DNA from: Myxococcota bacterium
GTDB lineage: Bacteria > Myxococcota_A > UBA9160 > JAFDDA01
Direction of reading: 5' to 3'
Length of the DNA: 64,000 nt
NCBI GenBank assembly: GCA_965228475.1
Contig: OZ245817.1
Location: 4,192,001 to 4,256,000 of the forward strand
How positions within the stretch are numbered: position 1 is the stretch's first letter; each line of letters starts with the position of its first letter. Positions 17,210-27,048 of the stretch are shown here, one piece after another. A model generated the notes under the pieces. The model searched no databases. It saw only the letters and a list, made by a program, of their open reading frames with translations, and was not told the DNA's origin. The translations under genes were made by a program, and so were the position numbers.

Positions 17210-18580
17210 ATGACGCCGGGCCAGAAGCGCTTCCTGAACCTGCTGCAAGAGTTCTCGATCCCGCTGATCGCCGGCGTCTTCTGCGCCCTGCTCGCGGCGA
17301 ACCTCGCTCCGGAGGCCAACGCGTACTTCTTCGGCGCAGGCCACGAAGGCGAGCATTGGACGCTGCCCGGCGAGCCCTCGATCTTCGGGCATGCCCTCAC
17401 GCTCAACTTCCTGATCAACGACGTGTTCATGGTGTTCTTCTTCGGGATGGCCGCGAAGGAGATCACCGAGGCACTCCTCCCGGGCGGGACCCTGAACCCG
17501 CTCGAGAAGGCACTGACGCCGCTCTTCGCGACGGTCGGCGGTGTGCTCGGCCCCATCGCCGTGTTCTTCGTCGCGCTCACACTCGCCTTCCAGGCGGGCG
17601 TGTTCCCCGCGTCCTACGAGTTCGAAACGCTCCGCCGGGGCTGGGGGATCCCCACCGCCACGGACATCGCCCTCGCCTGGCTCGTCGCGCGCACGGTCTT
17701 CGGCCGGGGCCACCCGGCCGTCGACTTCCTCCTCCTACTCGCGGTCGCCGACGATGCGATCGGGCTCGGCATCATCGCCCTCTTCTACGGCGACCCCGAG
17801 CTTCCGGTCCGCCCGGAGTGGCTGCTCCTCTGTGGCGCGGCCATGGCGGTCGCGTACGGCATGCGGCGTTTCGAGGTCGAGTCCTGGATTCCCTACATCG
17901 TCGTCGCCGGGCCCATGGCGTGGTCGGGCTTGATCCTGGCGCACCTCCACCCGGCGCTCGCTTTGGTCTTCGTCGTGCCCTTCCTGCCCGGCCCACGGCG
18001 CGACACCGGCCTCTACCGCACCGCCGACGAAGTCGACGAAGCCCACGCCGAGTTCTGGCTGCAGCACTCGCCGCTGCACCAGTTCGAGATCCAGCTCCGG
18101 ACCTTCGTCGACTTCGGACTCTTCTTCTTCGCCCTCGCGAACGCCGGGGTCGCCTTCAGCGGGATCGGACCCATGACCTGGATCGTGCTCGGGTCGCTCC
18201 TCGTCGGGAAGACCGCGGGCATCGGGCTGTTCGCGAGCTTCGCGGTCCGGGCCGGGTTCGCGCTTCCGGATCACATGGGAACGAAGGAGCTCCTGATGAC
18301 GGGCTTCGTCGCCGCCCTCGGCCTCACCGTCGCGCTCTTCGTCTCGGGGGCGGCGTTTCCCGCGGACCCGGTCCTCCAGGGGCAGGCCAAGATGGGCGCC
18401 CTCTTCTCCGCCGCGGTGGGCGTAGTCGCGATCGCGATCGGCCGCGGGCTGGGGATCGAGCGACGCCCGGGCGCCTCGAAGGCCAGGGCTTCGGCCTCGG
18501 GTCCTTCGCACCCCGATCTCGTCGGGACGGGCCCGATCCGTCGGGGCCGCGCGGCACTCCGAACGCCCAGGGACCTCTGA
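17210..18580 (+). CDS. nhaA: Na+/H+ antiporter NhaA
   Basis: INDVFMVFFF, GWGIPTATDIA, LLAVADD, FFALANAGV and LLVGK motifs. Confidence 0.92.
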   Translation: MTPGQKRFLNLLQEFSIPLIAGVFCALLAANLAPEANAYFFGAGHEGEHWTLPGEPSIFGHALTLNFLINDVFMVFFFGMAAKEITEALLPGGTLNPLEKALTPLFATVGGVLGPIAVFFVALTLAFQAGVFPASYEFETLRRGWGIPTATDIALAWLVARTVFGRGHPAVDFLLLLAVADDAIGLGIIALFYGDPELPVRPEWLLLCGAAMAVAYGMRRFEVESWIPYIVVAGPMAWSGLILAHLHPALALVFVVPFLPGPRRDTGLYRTADEVDEAHAEFWLQHSPLHQFEIQLRTFVDFGLFFFALANAGVAFSGIGPMTWIVLGSLLVGKTAGIGLFASFAVRAGFALPDHMGTKELLMTGFVAALGLTVALFVSGAAFPADPVLQGQAKMGALFSAAVGVVAIAIGRGLGIERRPGASKARASASGPSHPDLVGTGPIRRGRAALRTPRDL

Positions 18581-18667
18581 CCCCGCGGGGGTGTCACCCG
18601 CCCGACAGACGGATCGTCGCGGGATCGTGACAATTCGAGGTCATTTGCGTGAGGAGGCCATCGCGCC

Positions 18668-19519
18668 GTGACCGTCTTCGCCCCCGCCCCGACCGGTTCC
18701 ATCGCCCCGAACATGCCGACGGTGGATCACGCCATCGGCCTTCACGATTTCGGGCTGGTCGCGCACCTCCTCGACGGGGCCCGCCACGCCGACAGCGCCC
18801 CCGCCATCCGCGCCGGCCTGCTCGGCCTGGCGGGAGACGCCCTGGACCGGGCGGCCGAACGTCATCTCGGCCCGGATTCCGAGGCGCCCGAGTTCGCGAA
18901 CGCCGCGGTGAGCGAGCTGTCCGACCGCATGCAGGCGGTCCACGTCGAGCTCGGCTCCGCCCTGGCCGCGCGCGGCACGCATCTGACCACGCCCTCGGCC
19001 CTCGAACCCGGCCCGCGCGCGGCGCTCCGCTCCCTGTTCGCCGAGGAACTGTTCCCGATCCTCACGCCGCAGACCTCGACCTCGGCGCGCTCGTTCCGCT
19101 TCGTGCCCCCCGGATCGCTGAACCTCGTGGTCGCGATGCACCTCCCGTCCCACGACGGCCTGACGCTCGGCCGCGTGACGGTTCCCCGCGGCGTCGGCCT
19201 TCCCAGGTTCATCGCGGTACCCGGTTGCGAGCACACCTTCGTCGCGCTCGAGCGGGTGGTCGAGGCATCGCTCGATCTCCTCTTTCCCGAGGCCCGACTG
19301 GAAACGTGTGGCGCGTTCCGCGCCATCCGCGCAAAGCGGGCGGAAGACGAACTCGAGGGCCCGGTCGTCCGGCTGGAAGTCGAACCCACGATGCCGGAGC
19401 TGCAGCAGGCGCTCCTCGCGAGCCACCTCCACCTCGACCTCAACCGCGACGTACAGAGCGCCGCGTTCCTCGCCGCCTCGGACTGGAAGTCTCTGGCCGA
19501 GTTCCTCCCGGTTCGATGA
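18668..19519 (+). CDS. Polyphosphate kinase 1-like protein, N-terminal and head domains only (no catalytic domains)
   Basis: GTG after GAGGAGG; FAEELFPILTP, FVPPGSLNL, LPRFIAVP, LLFP...FRAIR and PVVRLEV match the PPK1 middle domain; the protein ends before the C1/C2 domains. Confidence 0.7.
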   Translation: MTVFAPAPTGSIAPNMPTVDHAIGLHDFGLVAHLLDGARHADSAPAIRAGLLGLAGDALDRAAERHLGPDSEAPEFANAAVSELSDRMQAVHVELGSALAARGTHLTTPSALEPGPRAALRSLFAEELFPILTPQTSTSARSFRFVPPGSLNLVVAMHLPSHDGLTLGRVTVPRGVGLPRFIAVPGCEHTFVALERVVEASLDLLFPEARLETCGAFRAIRAKRAEDELEGPVVRLEVEPTMPELQQALLASHLHLDLNRDVQSAAFLAASDWKSLAEFLPVR

Positions 19520-19532
19520 ACGAAATGGTTCG

Positions 19533-21242
19533 GTGAACGAAACGATCGGAACCGCCTCGCCGGAAACCATCGACTGGCTCAAGCTCTGCGTGACCCTGTT
19601 CGGGGGCCTCGGACTCTTCCTGTTCGGGCTCGAGCAGATGACCTCGGCGCTCAAGCAGGTCGCGGGCGACCGGCTCCGCCTCCTGATCTCTCAGCTCACG
19701 ACGAACCGGGTGGCCGGAATGGCGACCGGGGCCTTCGTCACCTCCGTCATCCAGTCGTCGTCGGTCACCACCGTGCTGGTGGTGAGCTTCATCAGCTCGG
19801 GTGCGATGACGCTGGCCCAGTCCGTCGGGGTGATCCTCGGCGCGAACATCGGCACGACCATCACGGCCCAGATCGTGGCCTTCAAGGTGACGGGGCTGGC
19901 CTACGGGCTGGTCGGGCTCGGCTTCGCCACGAGTTTCATCGCGCGGTCCGAGCCGCTTCGTCAGCACGGCTCGGGCATGCTCGGACTCGGTCTCGTCTTC
20001 CTCGGCATGACGGTGATGAGCGAGTCGATGGAGCCCCTGCGCGGGTATCCGCCGTTCCTCGACGCCATGGCCCGCATCCAACACCCGCTCATCGGGATCG
20101 CGTTGAGTGCCGGCTTCACCGCGCTCGTGCAGTCGTCTTCCGCCACCACCGCGGTCGTGATCTCGATGGCGACCCAGGGGCTGATCACGCTGCCGGCGGG
20201 AATCGCCCTGATCCTCGGTGCGAACGTCGGAACCTGCATCACGGCGCTCCTGGCCTCGCTCGGGAAACCGCGGGAGGCGGTGCGAGCCGCCTGGGTTCAC
20301 GTCCTGTTCAACCTCCTCGGCGTGGCGCTCTGGTTCTCCTGGGTGGACGAACTCGCGGGCTTCGCTGCACTGGCCTCGCCCACGGCCGAGGGCCTCGTCG
20401 GGCTCGAGAAGCTGGCCGCCGAAACGCCCCGCCAGATCGCGAACGCGCACACGCTGTTCAACATCGCCAACGGCGTCTTGTTCCTGCCCTTCACGACGCT
20501 CCTCGCCTGGACGGCCGAACGGCTCGTTCGCGAGGTTCCGGCCGAAGCGGAGCGGAGGGCTCCCGTCGAATTCCTCGACACGTCCCTCCTCACCGCACCC
20601 GCCCTCGCGCTCGAGCAGGCACGTTGGGAGATCGGCCATCTGGGCACCCTGGTCCTCGAGATGCTGATCGCCGTCCTGCCCGCCATGACCCGGGGCGACG
20701 CGCGTGCGCTCGACCGCATCCACGCCATGGACGAACCGGTCGACCGGCTGTACGAGCAGGTCGTCGAGTATCTGGGCCAGATCAATCGGGCCGACCTCTC
20801 TTCCCGCGAAGCGAAACGCCTGATGAACCTGATGGAGATCGCCAACGCGCTCGAGAGCATCGGCGACCTGATCGAGAACGACCTCGTCGAGCGCGGGCGA
20901 CAGCGCGCCAGTGCCGACCTCCGCATCAGCGAAGGCACCCTCGAGATCCTCACCGCCTTTCACGGTGAGATCGAAAGCGCCCTCCACGACGTCCTCGAGG
21001 CGCTGGACCAGGAAGACCGCGAGCTGGCCCGCCAGGTGAGCGGCCGCAAGTCCCGGGTGGCCTCGCTCGCCAAGGATGCCGGGATCCACGGAGCGAATCG
21101 CCTGATCGCCGAGGAGTCGGGGCGGCTCACCGCCTATGGCATCGAGATGGACATGATCGAGGACCTGCGCCGCGTCTTCTACTTCACCCGCCGCGTGGCG
21201 AAGGCGGTCGTGAAGCTCACCAAGCACACGCGCGGGACCTGA
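19533..21242 (+). CDS. Na/Pi cotransporter (NptA/YjbB type) with C-terminal PhoU-like domain
   Basis: Duplicated QSSS motifs (IQSSSVTT, VQSSSATT), GANIGTT/GANVGTC, IANAHTLFN; helical PhoU-like tail (LESIGD). Start taken as GTG 19533. Confidence 0.92.
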   Translation: MNETIGTASPETIDWLKLCVTLFGGLGLFLFGLEQMTSALKQVAGDRLRLLISQLTTNRVAGMATGAFVTSVIQSSSVTTVLVVSFISSGAMTLAQSVGVILGANIGTTITAQIVAFKVTGLAYGLVGLGFATSFIARSEPLRQHGSGMLGLGLVFLGMTVMSESMEPLRGYPPFLDAMARIQHPLIGIALSAGFTALVQSSSATTAVVISMATQGLITLPAGIALILGANVGTCITALLASLGKPREAVRAAWVHVLFNLLGVALWFSWVDELAGFAALASPTAEGLVGLEKLAAETPRQIANAHTLFNIANGVLFLPFTTLLAWTAERLVREVPAEAERRAPVEFLDTSLLTAPALALEQARWEIGHLGTLVLEMLIAVLPAMTRGDARALDRIHAMDEPVDRLYEQVVEYLGQINRADLSSREAKRLMNLMEIANALESIGDLIENDLVERGRQRASADLRISEGTLEILTAFHGEIESALHDVLEALDQEDRELARQVSGRKSRVASLAKDAGIHGANRLIAEESGRLTAYGIEMDMIEDLRRVFYFTRRVAKAVVKLTKHTRGT

Positions 21243-21247
21243 GCCGC

Positions 21248-21961
21248 GTGCGCTACGGTCCGAACGCGATGCAGGACGTCACGCCCCTGAAGCGCCTCGC
21301 CTGGCTCTCCGACGAGCTCGAAGAAGCGGACTGGAAGGAACTGTCGGAACGCGCCGTCCGCCGCGATCACTCCGCTGGCGAGGTGATCTTCGAGCCGACT
21401 TTGGAGGCCCGTTCCGTCTACCTGCTCGAGGCGGGCCGCGTCCGCATCTACCGGATCTCCCGCACCGGGGACCGGGTCATCTTCGGCTTCATCCACCCGG
21501 GCGAAGTGTTCGGCGAGCTCGCCGGCTTCGGGGATCACGAACGCGAGAGTTTCGCCGACGCGGAGGCACCCTCGACGTCCTGGCGGCTTCCGCTGGATCT
21601 CTTCCGAGGATGGGTCCGGACGCGCCCCGGGTTCGCCCACGCCGTCGCGAGCCAGATCGGCGACCGCATGAAGCGGGTCGAATCGCGCGTCGAGGGGCTC
21701 GTGTTCCACGACGTGCGGGCGCGCCTCGCCGCCGTGCTCGTCGAGCTGGCACAGGACTTCGGCGAAGCGACGGACGACGGGCACCGCATCGCGCTGCGCC
21801 TCTCGCAGGAATCGCTCGCGCATCTGATCGGCGCCAGCCGCCAGAGCGTGAACGTCGCCATGACGCGCCTGAGGCGGGAAGGGCTGGTGGACCGGGCCAA
21901 CGGACACCTCCTGCTCTCGGACCCGGAGCGCCTGCTCAGCATCCGCGACGCCGGCCGCTAG
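21248..21961 (+). CDS. Crp/Fnr family transcriptional regulator
   Basis: cNMP domain PGEVFGELA...RESFA; HTH LSQESLAHLIGASRQSVN; alternative ATG at 21269. Confidence 0.92.
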   Translation: MRYGPNAMQDVTPLKRLAWLSDELEEADWKELSERAVRRDHSAGEVIFEPTLEARSVYLLEAGRVRIYRISRTGDRVIFGFIHPGEVFGELAGFGDHERESFADAEAPSTSWRLPLDLFRGWVRTRPGFAHAVASQIGDRMKRVESRVEGLVFHDVRARLAAVLVELAQDFGEATDDGHRIALRLSQESLAHLIGASRQSVNVAMTRLRREGLVDRANGHLLLSDPERLLSIRDAGR

Positions 21962-22052
21962 GGCGGACGTGCCGTCCGGGGCGGCACTTTTCCGGCCCCC
22001 CTTCGCAACCAGCTGATACGATCGAAGCCCCTGGGAGGCTCGGAGGCCCGTC

Positions 22053-22679
22053 GTGCTTCGATGGCCCGGTCTCGTCCTCTTCTCCGCACTCCTCCTCTGC
22101 TCCCGGGCAGGCGCCGCGACCCTGGTCATCGATGCCGCGGACTTTGCATCCGGGACCGACCTCGACGCGATCCTCCCCGGCGTCCTCCTCGAGCACGAAG
22201 CCAACGGAGGCCTCCTGACCGGCCAACCGATCGCGGTGACCGATGACGTCGGAGGCCCCGCAATCGGACGGCGCGATCTGCCGGGGAGTTCGATCCTGCG
22301 TTTCGGGACCCTCTTCATCTTCAACAACGAGTTCGCGAGCACCCTGCGCATCTCGGTGACCGACCCGGTTGCGAGCATCCGGCTCCGCACCCGAGCCACC
22401 GGGATCGGCCGCGGAGATCACATCCTCGCGGCATTCGATGCGGCGGGGGACGAACTCGCCCGCCACGCCGTCGGCGTCGGCGCCTCGAGCGAGACGGTGA
22501 TGCTCGAACTCCTCGCGATCCCCGAAACGACGGCCTACTTCCGCTTCACGCCACAGCGCAGCCAGGTCGAACTTCTGGCCTGGGTCGAGAGGATCGAAAT
22601 CACTACCGTGCCGGAACCCGGGGCGGGCATCCTGCTCCTCGCGCTCGCCGCCGCCGCGGGCCGGAGACCCTCATCATGA
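22053..22679 (+). CDS. PEP-CTERM surface protein
   Basis: Signal ending AGA; C-terminal TVPEPGAGILLLALAAAAGRR; ATGA overlap with the next gene. Confidence 0.8.
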   Translation: MLRWPGLVLFSALLLCSRAGAATLVIDAADFASGTDLDAILPGVLLEHEANGGLLTGQPIAVTDDVGGPAIGRRDLPGSSILRFGTLFIFNNEFASTLRISVTDPVASIRLRTRATGIGRGDHILAAFDAAGDELARHAVGVGASSETVMLELLAIPETTAYFRFTPQRSQVELLAWVERIEITTVPEPGAGILLLALAAAAGRRPSS

Positions 22680-23581
22680 GACTGCTGATTCGAATCGTGC
22701 TGGGCCTGGTCGGCGTCGCCGTGCTCGGCCTCGCGATCCTGCTCGTTCCGCCCCACGTCCAGACTCGCGGAATCGAACCGGCCCTTCCGGCCGCGGAGGA
22801 CTTCCGTGCGCTGCTCACGGCGCCGGGTGGTCCGGTGGGCCTCCGCTACCTCGTGGTGGCCGAACAGCCGGTCTCGCGCGGCCTGCTCGGCCACACGGTC
22901 TTCCTCGCAGAGTGGGCGGACGGCCGGACGTTCATGATCGATGCGGGCATGGACGCGCAGGGCGCCGCCGACTTCGCGGAGCTGATCGGCCTGCTCGGCG
23001 ATTCCGGCGAGGCACGGTTCCATGGCAACGTGGCCGCCCAGCTCGGGGGCAACGTGGCGCGCGTGCACGGCGTCGGATTCACCCACCTCCACATCGACCA
23101 CACCCAGGGCATCGGCGCCCTCTGCGCCGAGCGCGGGCCGGGCGCCGCCGTCTTCCAGACCCACTGGCAGGCGACCGAGCACAACTTCAACACGACCGAG
23201 AGTGACGATCTCATCGAAGCGTCGTGCCTCGAGCGGCGCGTGCTCGAGGGTGAGGGACTCCTCCAGCCCGAGGGCCTTCCGGGCCTGGCCCTCGTCCCGC
23301 TCGGCGGGCACACGCCCGGTTCGACCCTGTTCGCCCTCGCGGTGGACGGACACCTCTGGCTCTTCTCGGGAGACACCACCAACAGCAAGGCGGACCTGCT
23401 CGAAGATCGCGGGAAGGGCTTCGTCTACAGTGGCCTGCTCGTCCCGGAGCACACGGCCCGAACCGGGGAGCTCCGCCGCTGGCTGGCGGCGCTCGACGCG
23501 GAGCCGGACATGACGGTCGTCGTCAGCCACGACCTCGACGACGTGCGCGCGAGCCGCCTCGAGGCGTACCCGGCGCCCTAG
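22676..23581 (+). CDS. Membrane-anchored metallo-beta-lactamase fold hydrolase (AHL-lactonase-like)
   Basis: THLHIDHTQG, GHTPGS, FSGD and VSHD motifs; N-terminal TM. Confidence 0.88.
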   Translation: MRLLIRIVLGLVGVAVLGLAILLVPPHVQTRGIEPALPAAEDFRALLTAPGGPVGLRYLVVAEQPVSRGLLGHTVFLAEWADGRTFMIDAGMDAQGAADFAELIGLLGDSGEARFHGNVAAQLGGNVARVHGVGFTHLHIDHTQGIGALCAERGPGAAVFQTHWQATEHNFNTTESDDLIEASCLERRVLEGEGLLQPEGLPGLALVPLGGHTPGSTLFALAVDGHLWLFSGDTTNSKADLLEDRGKGFVYSGLLVPEHTARTGELRRWLAALDAEPDMTVVVSHDLDDVRASRLEAYPAP

Positions 23582-23678
23582 GCGTGCGCGGCCCGGATGG
23601 AGACATGCCCCGGCTTCACCGCCGGCGACGCTCCGCCGATGTGCTGACGAGGAACGAGAAGCGAGGATCGCCAAGCCC

Positions 23679-24536
23679 GTGAACGCCGACGCCTTATGGA
23701 CCCTCGCCGGCAAGATCGTGACGGCCCTCGGCCTGACGGAGCCGGTCTTCTACGTCGCCGTGGGGCTGATCCTCCTGCTCGAGTGGCGCTTTCCCGCGGT
23801 GCCTTCCCAGCCCCTGGTCGGGCGCTCGTTCTGCTTCGACGCGCTGTGGAGCGTCGTCCGGCTGGCGGGCAACGTCGCCGTGCTCGGACCGTTCGTCGCC
23901 CTGATGAACGCCGTGTACGAGAACCACCTGGCGTTCCTCACCGTGCCCGGCATCGCGTCACTGCCGACGCCGGCCCGGCTCACGCTCGGCATCCTCACGG
24001 CCGACCTCCTCGCCTGGTTCCACCACTTCGTCCGGCACAAGATCGCCTGGAGCTTCCACGCGGTGCACCACTCCCAGCCGGAGATGAACCTCTTCACGGA
24101 CGACCGGAATCACGTGATCGACCTGGTCGTCGCCGCGGCCGTCCGCGTCTTCCCGATGCTCATGCTCTCGGTGGAGGTGCCCCAGGTCCTGGCCTGGACG
24201 CTCTTCTCGACCTGGTTCACCCGGCTCTACCACGCGAACCTCCGGACGGACTTCGGCCCCCTGCGCCATGTGCTCGTGACGCCCCAGTCCCACCGCATCC
24301 ACCACTCGACCGACCCGCGTCATCACGAGAAGAACTTCGGCCTGATCTTCAGCTTCTGGGACCGGCTCTTCGGGACCCAGTACCAGGGTTGGGACGAATA
24401 CCCGGAGACGGGCGTGAAGGATCCGACCTTCCCCCTCGAGCACGGTGGCCCCTTCGAGATGGCGCGCGCGCTCGTCGCACAGCAGATCCACCCCTTCACG
24501 GCCCTGTGGACGGCGCGACGGAGCGGGGAGCGCTAG
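23679..24536 (+). CDS. Sterol desaturase / fatty acid hydroxylase family protein
   Basis: His boxes HFVRH, FHAVHHS, YHAN and HRIHHS; KNFGLIFSFWDRLFGT. Confidence 0.9.
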   Translation: MNADALWTLAGKIVTALGLTEPVFYVAVGLILLLEWRFPAVPSQPLVGRSFCFDALWSVVRLAGNVAVLGPFVALMNAVYENHLAFLTVPGIASLPTPARLTLGILTADLLAWFHHFVRHKIAWSFHAVHHSQPEMNLFTDDRNHVIDLVVAAAVRVFPMLMLSVEVPQVLAWTLFSTWFTRLYHANLRTDFGPLRHVLVTPQSHRIHHSTDPRHHEKNFGLIFSFWDRLFGTQYQGWDEYPETGVKDPTFPLEHGGPFEMARALVAQQIHPFTALWTARRSGER

Positions 24537-25729
24537 TCGAGGATCACGGGATCGCGGTAGTAGGGGATCGCCGTCGCGCGGAGCGGCTCCCAGAGACGGC
24601 CGAAGGGCCAGGGCGTCGCACGGGCGAAGCGCTTCAAGAGGTTCCGCGCCGTGGCAGCGCGCCGGACCCCGGCCGAGGCCGATTCCGTATTGCACAGGGA
24701 AGGCGCGTCGGGCAGGCACGGCGTCCGCCAGGTCGTCGCCTGCGCGTGGTCCGCCCCGTAGGTGCTGCCCATCGTCACGAAGAGTTCGTCCTTCCAGAGG
24801 AAGGCCACCGGTGCTCGGAGCGCACGCGGGAGGTGCGGGAGCGGGTGGAAGGTGTCCGTTGCGGGCTCGTAGGCGAGCAGGTCGGCCATCGCCGTCTCGT
24901 CGAAGTAGCCCGAGGCGTTGTCGCGTCCGCCCACCAGCAGGATGCGATCGCCGACGACCAGGGTGCCGGGCTCGATGTGGGAGCGGGGCGCCGGGAGGGG
25001 CGCGAAGTGCTCCCAGCGGTCGCGAGCCGGGTCGTAGCGGACGTTGCTCGCGATGTCCTCGGGGATGGGGTGATGCACGTGCGTTCCCCCGAAGACGTAG
25101 ATCCGGCCCTCGAAGACGGTGGAGCCGGCGTGCCCGCGGGTCTCCGGAAGCTTCGCGCGCGGTTGCCAGCCCGCTGCCTCGTCGTCGAGATCGAGCGCCC
25201 AGTGATGATCGGCGCCCTCGGGTTCCTCGGCCGCGTAGTAGCCGCCGAAGTAGTGGAGCTTCCGGCCGACCCGGACCAGCCCGCCGCCACCGAGCGGAAC
25301 GGGCAGCGAGGGCCGCTCGCTCCAGGAATCGTCGCGTGTGTCGTAGCGCCAGACCGCCGCCGAAGCCGCTCCGGGGTAGTCGCCGATGAAGCCTCCCGCG
25401 ATCCACACGTAGGGTCCGTCGGCCGCGGGAACGATGTGCGTCAAGGCCGTCGGCGCCTCGCCGAGCCGTTCCCAGCGATCCGCCGCGGGGTCGTAGGTCT
25501 CGACGACCCGGACCGCATTCAGGCGGCCCTCGGCGAAACCCTCGTCGTTGAAGCCGCCGAAGAAGTAGACCTTGCCGCCGACCACGACGCCCGGCCCTTC
25601 GAAGCGCGGCATCAGCGCAGAAGCGGCCGGCTCCCAATCGGCGACCTCATCCCCGGTCGTGAGAAACGTCAGCGCCACACAGGCGAGCACGAACCCGATC
25701 AATCCAGCGCCCACGAGCCGAAGCCACAC
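24533..25729 (-). CDS. Kelch-repeat beta-propeller protein
   Basis: Repeated GK/GR-xY-xFGG and YDP-xDRW units; GTG 25729 after AAGGAGG; N-terminal TM/signal. Confidence 0.88.
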   Translation of the reverse strand: MWLRLVGAGLIGFVLACVALTFLTTGDEVADWEPAASALMPRFEGPGVVVGGKVYFFGGFNDEGFAEGRLNAVRVVETYDPAADRWERLGEAPTALTHIVPAADGPYVWIAGGFIGDYPGAASAAVWRYDTRDDSWSERPSLPVPLGGGGLVRVGRKLHYFGGYYAAEEPEGADHHWALDLDDEAAGWQPRAKLPETRGHAGSTVFEGRIYVFGGTHVHHPIPEDIASNVRYDPARDRWEHFAPLPAPRSHIEPGTLVVGDRILLVGGRDNASGYFDETAMADLLAYEPATDTFHPLPHLPRALRAPVAFLWKDELFVTMGSTYGADHAQATTWRTPCLPDAPSLCNTESASAGVRRAATARNLLKRFARATPWPFGRLWEPLRATAIPYYRDPVILD

Positions 25730-25803
25730 GTCGTTCCTCCTTCGCCCTGCCGCTCTAGTCATAGCGGAGTCGGATTGTGGGCTACACCGGGACGCCGAGA
25801 GGT

Positions 25804-26334
25804 CTACGCCCACCGCTCCTTGGCCGTCTCGAGCGCGGCGAGGACCTCGTCGCCGTACGCGACGAGCTGGACCCGATCGACCGCGCCATCACGGGAGAGG
25901 GCTTCTCGGACGGCGCGGACCGCTACACGCGCGGCATCTGCCGGCGGGTAGCCGAACACGCCGCAGCTGATCGCCGGGAACGCGACCGTCGCGAGGGAGC
26001 GCTCGGCCGCGGCTCGGAGGGCGTTGCGGTAGCAGTCCGCCAGAAGCTCCGCCTCGCCTTGGGCGCCTCCGCGCCATACCGGCCCCACCGCGTGGATCAC
26101 GTAGCGCGCGGGCAGCCGGAAGCCGGGCGTGACGCGGCACTCGCCGGTCGGGCAACGAACCCCAGGGCGAACCTCCGGCACGGCGCGGCACGCTTCGAGC
26201 AGCTCCGGCCCCGCCGCGGCGTGGATCGCGCCGTCGACCCCGCCGCCGCCGAGCATGCGCTCGTCCGCTGCGTTGACGATGGCATCGACTTCGAGGGTGG
26301 TGACGTCGGCGCGAAGCACTTCGATGCGCGGCAC
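25804..26334 (-). CDS. ymdB: Macrodomain O-acetyl-ADP-ribose deacetylase
   Basis: DAIVNAAD..MLGGGGVDGAIH, VIHAVGPVW, AFPAISCGVFGYP. Confidence 0.9.
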   Translation of the reverse strand: MPRIEVLRADVTTLEVDAIVNAADERMLGGGGVDGAIHAAAGPELLEACRAVPEVRPGVRCPTGECRVTPGFRLPARYVIHAVGPVWRGGAQGEAELLADCYRNALRAAAERSLATVAFPAISCGVFGYPPADAARVAVRAVREALSRDGAVDRVQLVAYGDEVLAALETAKERWA

Positions 26335-26357
26335 GGTCGATGGCTCGGCGGACGCCG

Positions 26358-27044
26358 CTAGCCGGCGGATCGCAGGTAGGGGAGGCCCGCGCGCTTGACG
26401 TAGAGCGTGCAGCCCGCTTCCGAAACCGGACGGTGTTCTTCCCCGGCCGGCAGCCGCAACCAGCTCCCCTCGGGATAGGTACCCCCCTCGTCGGCGAAGC
26501 CACCGTCGAGCACGAAGAACTCGACACCGCGTTCGTAGACCTGCGGGCCGCGCTCGACTCCGGGCTCCCAGCGTTCGAACTCCATGAGATCCGAGAACCC
26601 CGCCTGCTCGTAGAGCGGTTTGCGGGCCACGCCCGGCGTCGCGGAAGGCTGCCAGGCGCGTGCGTTCGTATCGATCGCATGGTGCTCACGCGCCGCACCC
26701 GGATACTGGCGCAGCTTCACGAACAGCCTGCACCCCGGCTCCGAGAAGGGCGCGTGGCGGAAGCCTTCGGGGTTCAAGAGGAACGTTCCGGCTGGCCAGT
26801 CCCCCTGCTCGTCCGAGAAGACCCCCTCGAGCACCAGGATCTCCTCCCCTTCGGGATGGTCGTGGGCCGGGAACCGCGAGCCCGGCTCGTAGCGAACGAC
26901 CGACGTGACCTGCCCCGACTCCGGAGGTCCGACGCGATGGACGCGCTTGCGCCAGACGGAACCGCTCGGGCTCGCCGTCCAGTCCATCTGTTGCGTGTCG
27001 GCACTGGCGCGGACGGACAGATCTCCGTGGATCGCTTCGTCCAT
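26358..27044 (-). CDS. ChrR-like double cupin protein
   Basis: TSVVRYEPGSRFPAHDHPEGEEILVLEGVFSDE; second cupin GVEFFVLDGGFADE. Confidence 0.9.
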   Translation of the reverse strand: MDEAIHGDLSVRASADTQQMDWTASPSGSVWRKRVHRVGPPESGQVTSVVRYEPGSRFPAHDHPEGEEILVLEGVFSDEQGDWPAGTFLLNPEGFRHAPFSEPGCRLFVKLRQYPGAAREHHAIDTNARAWQPSATPGVARKPLYEQAGFSDLMEFERWEPGVERGPQVYERGVEFFVLDGGFADEGGTYPEGSWLRLPAGEEHRPVSEAGCTLYVKRAGLPYLRSAG

Positions 27045-27048
27045 CGCG

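Noticed and set aside
18627..18644. GTGAC-N8-GTCAT palindrome upstream of the PPK-like gene as a Pho box, Crp site or module operator
   Set aside because: The spacing fits neither the 11-bp direct-repeat Pho box, nor TGTGA-N6-TCACA, nor the 16-bp module operator, and it is a single short instance.
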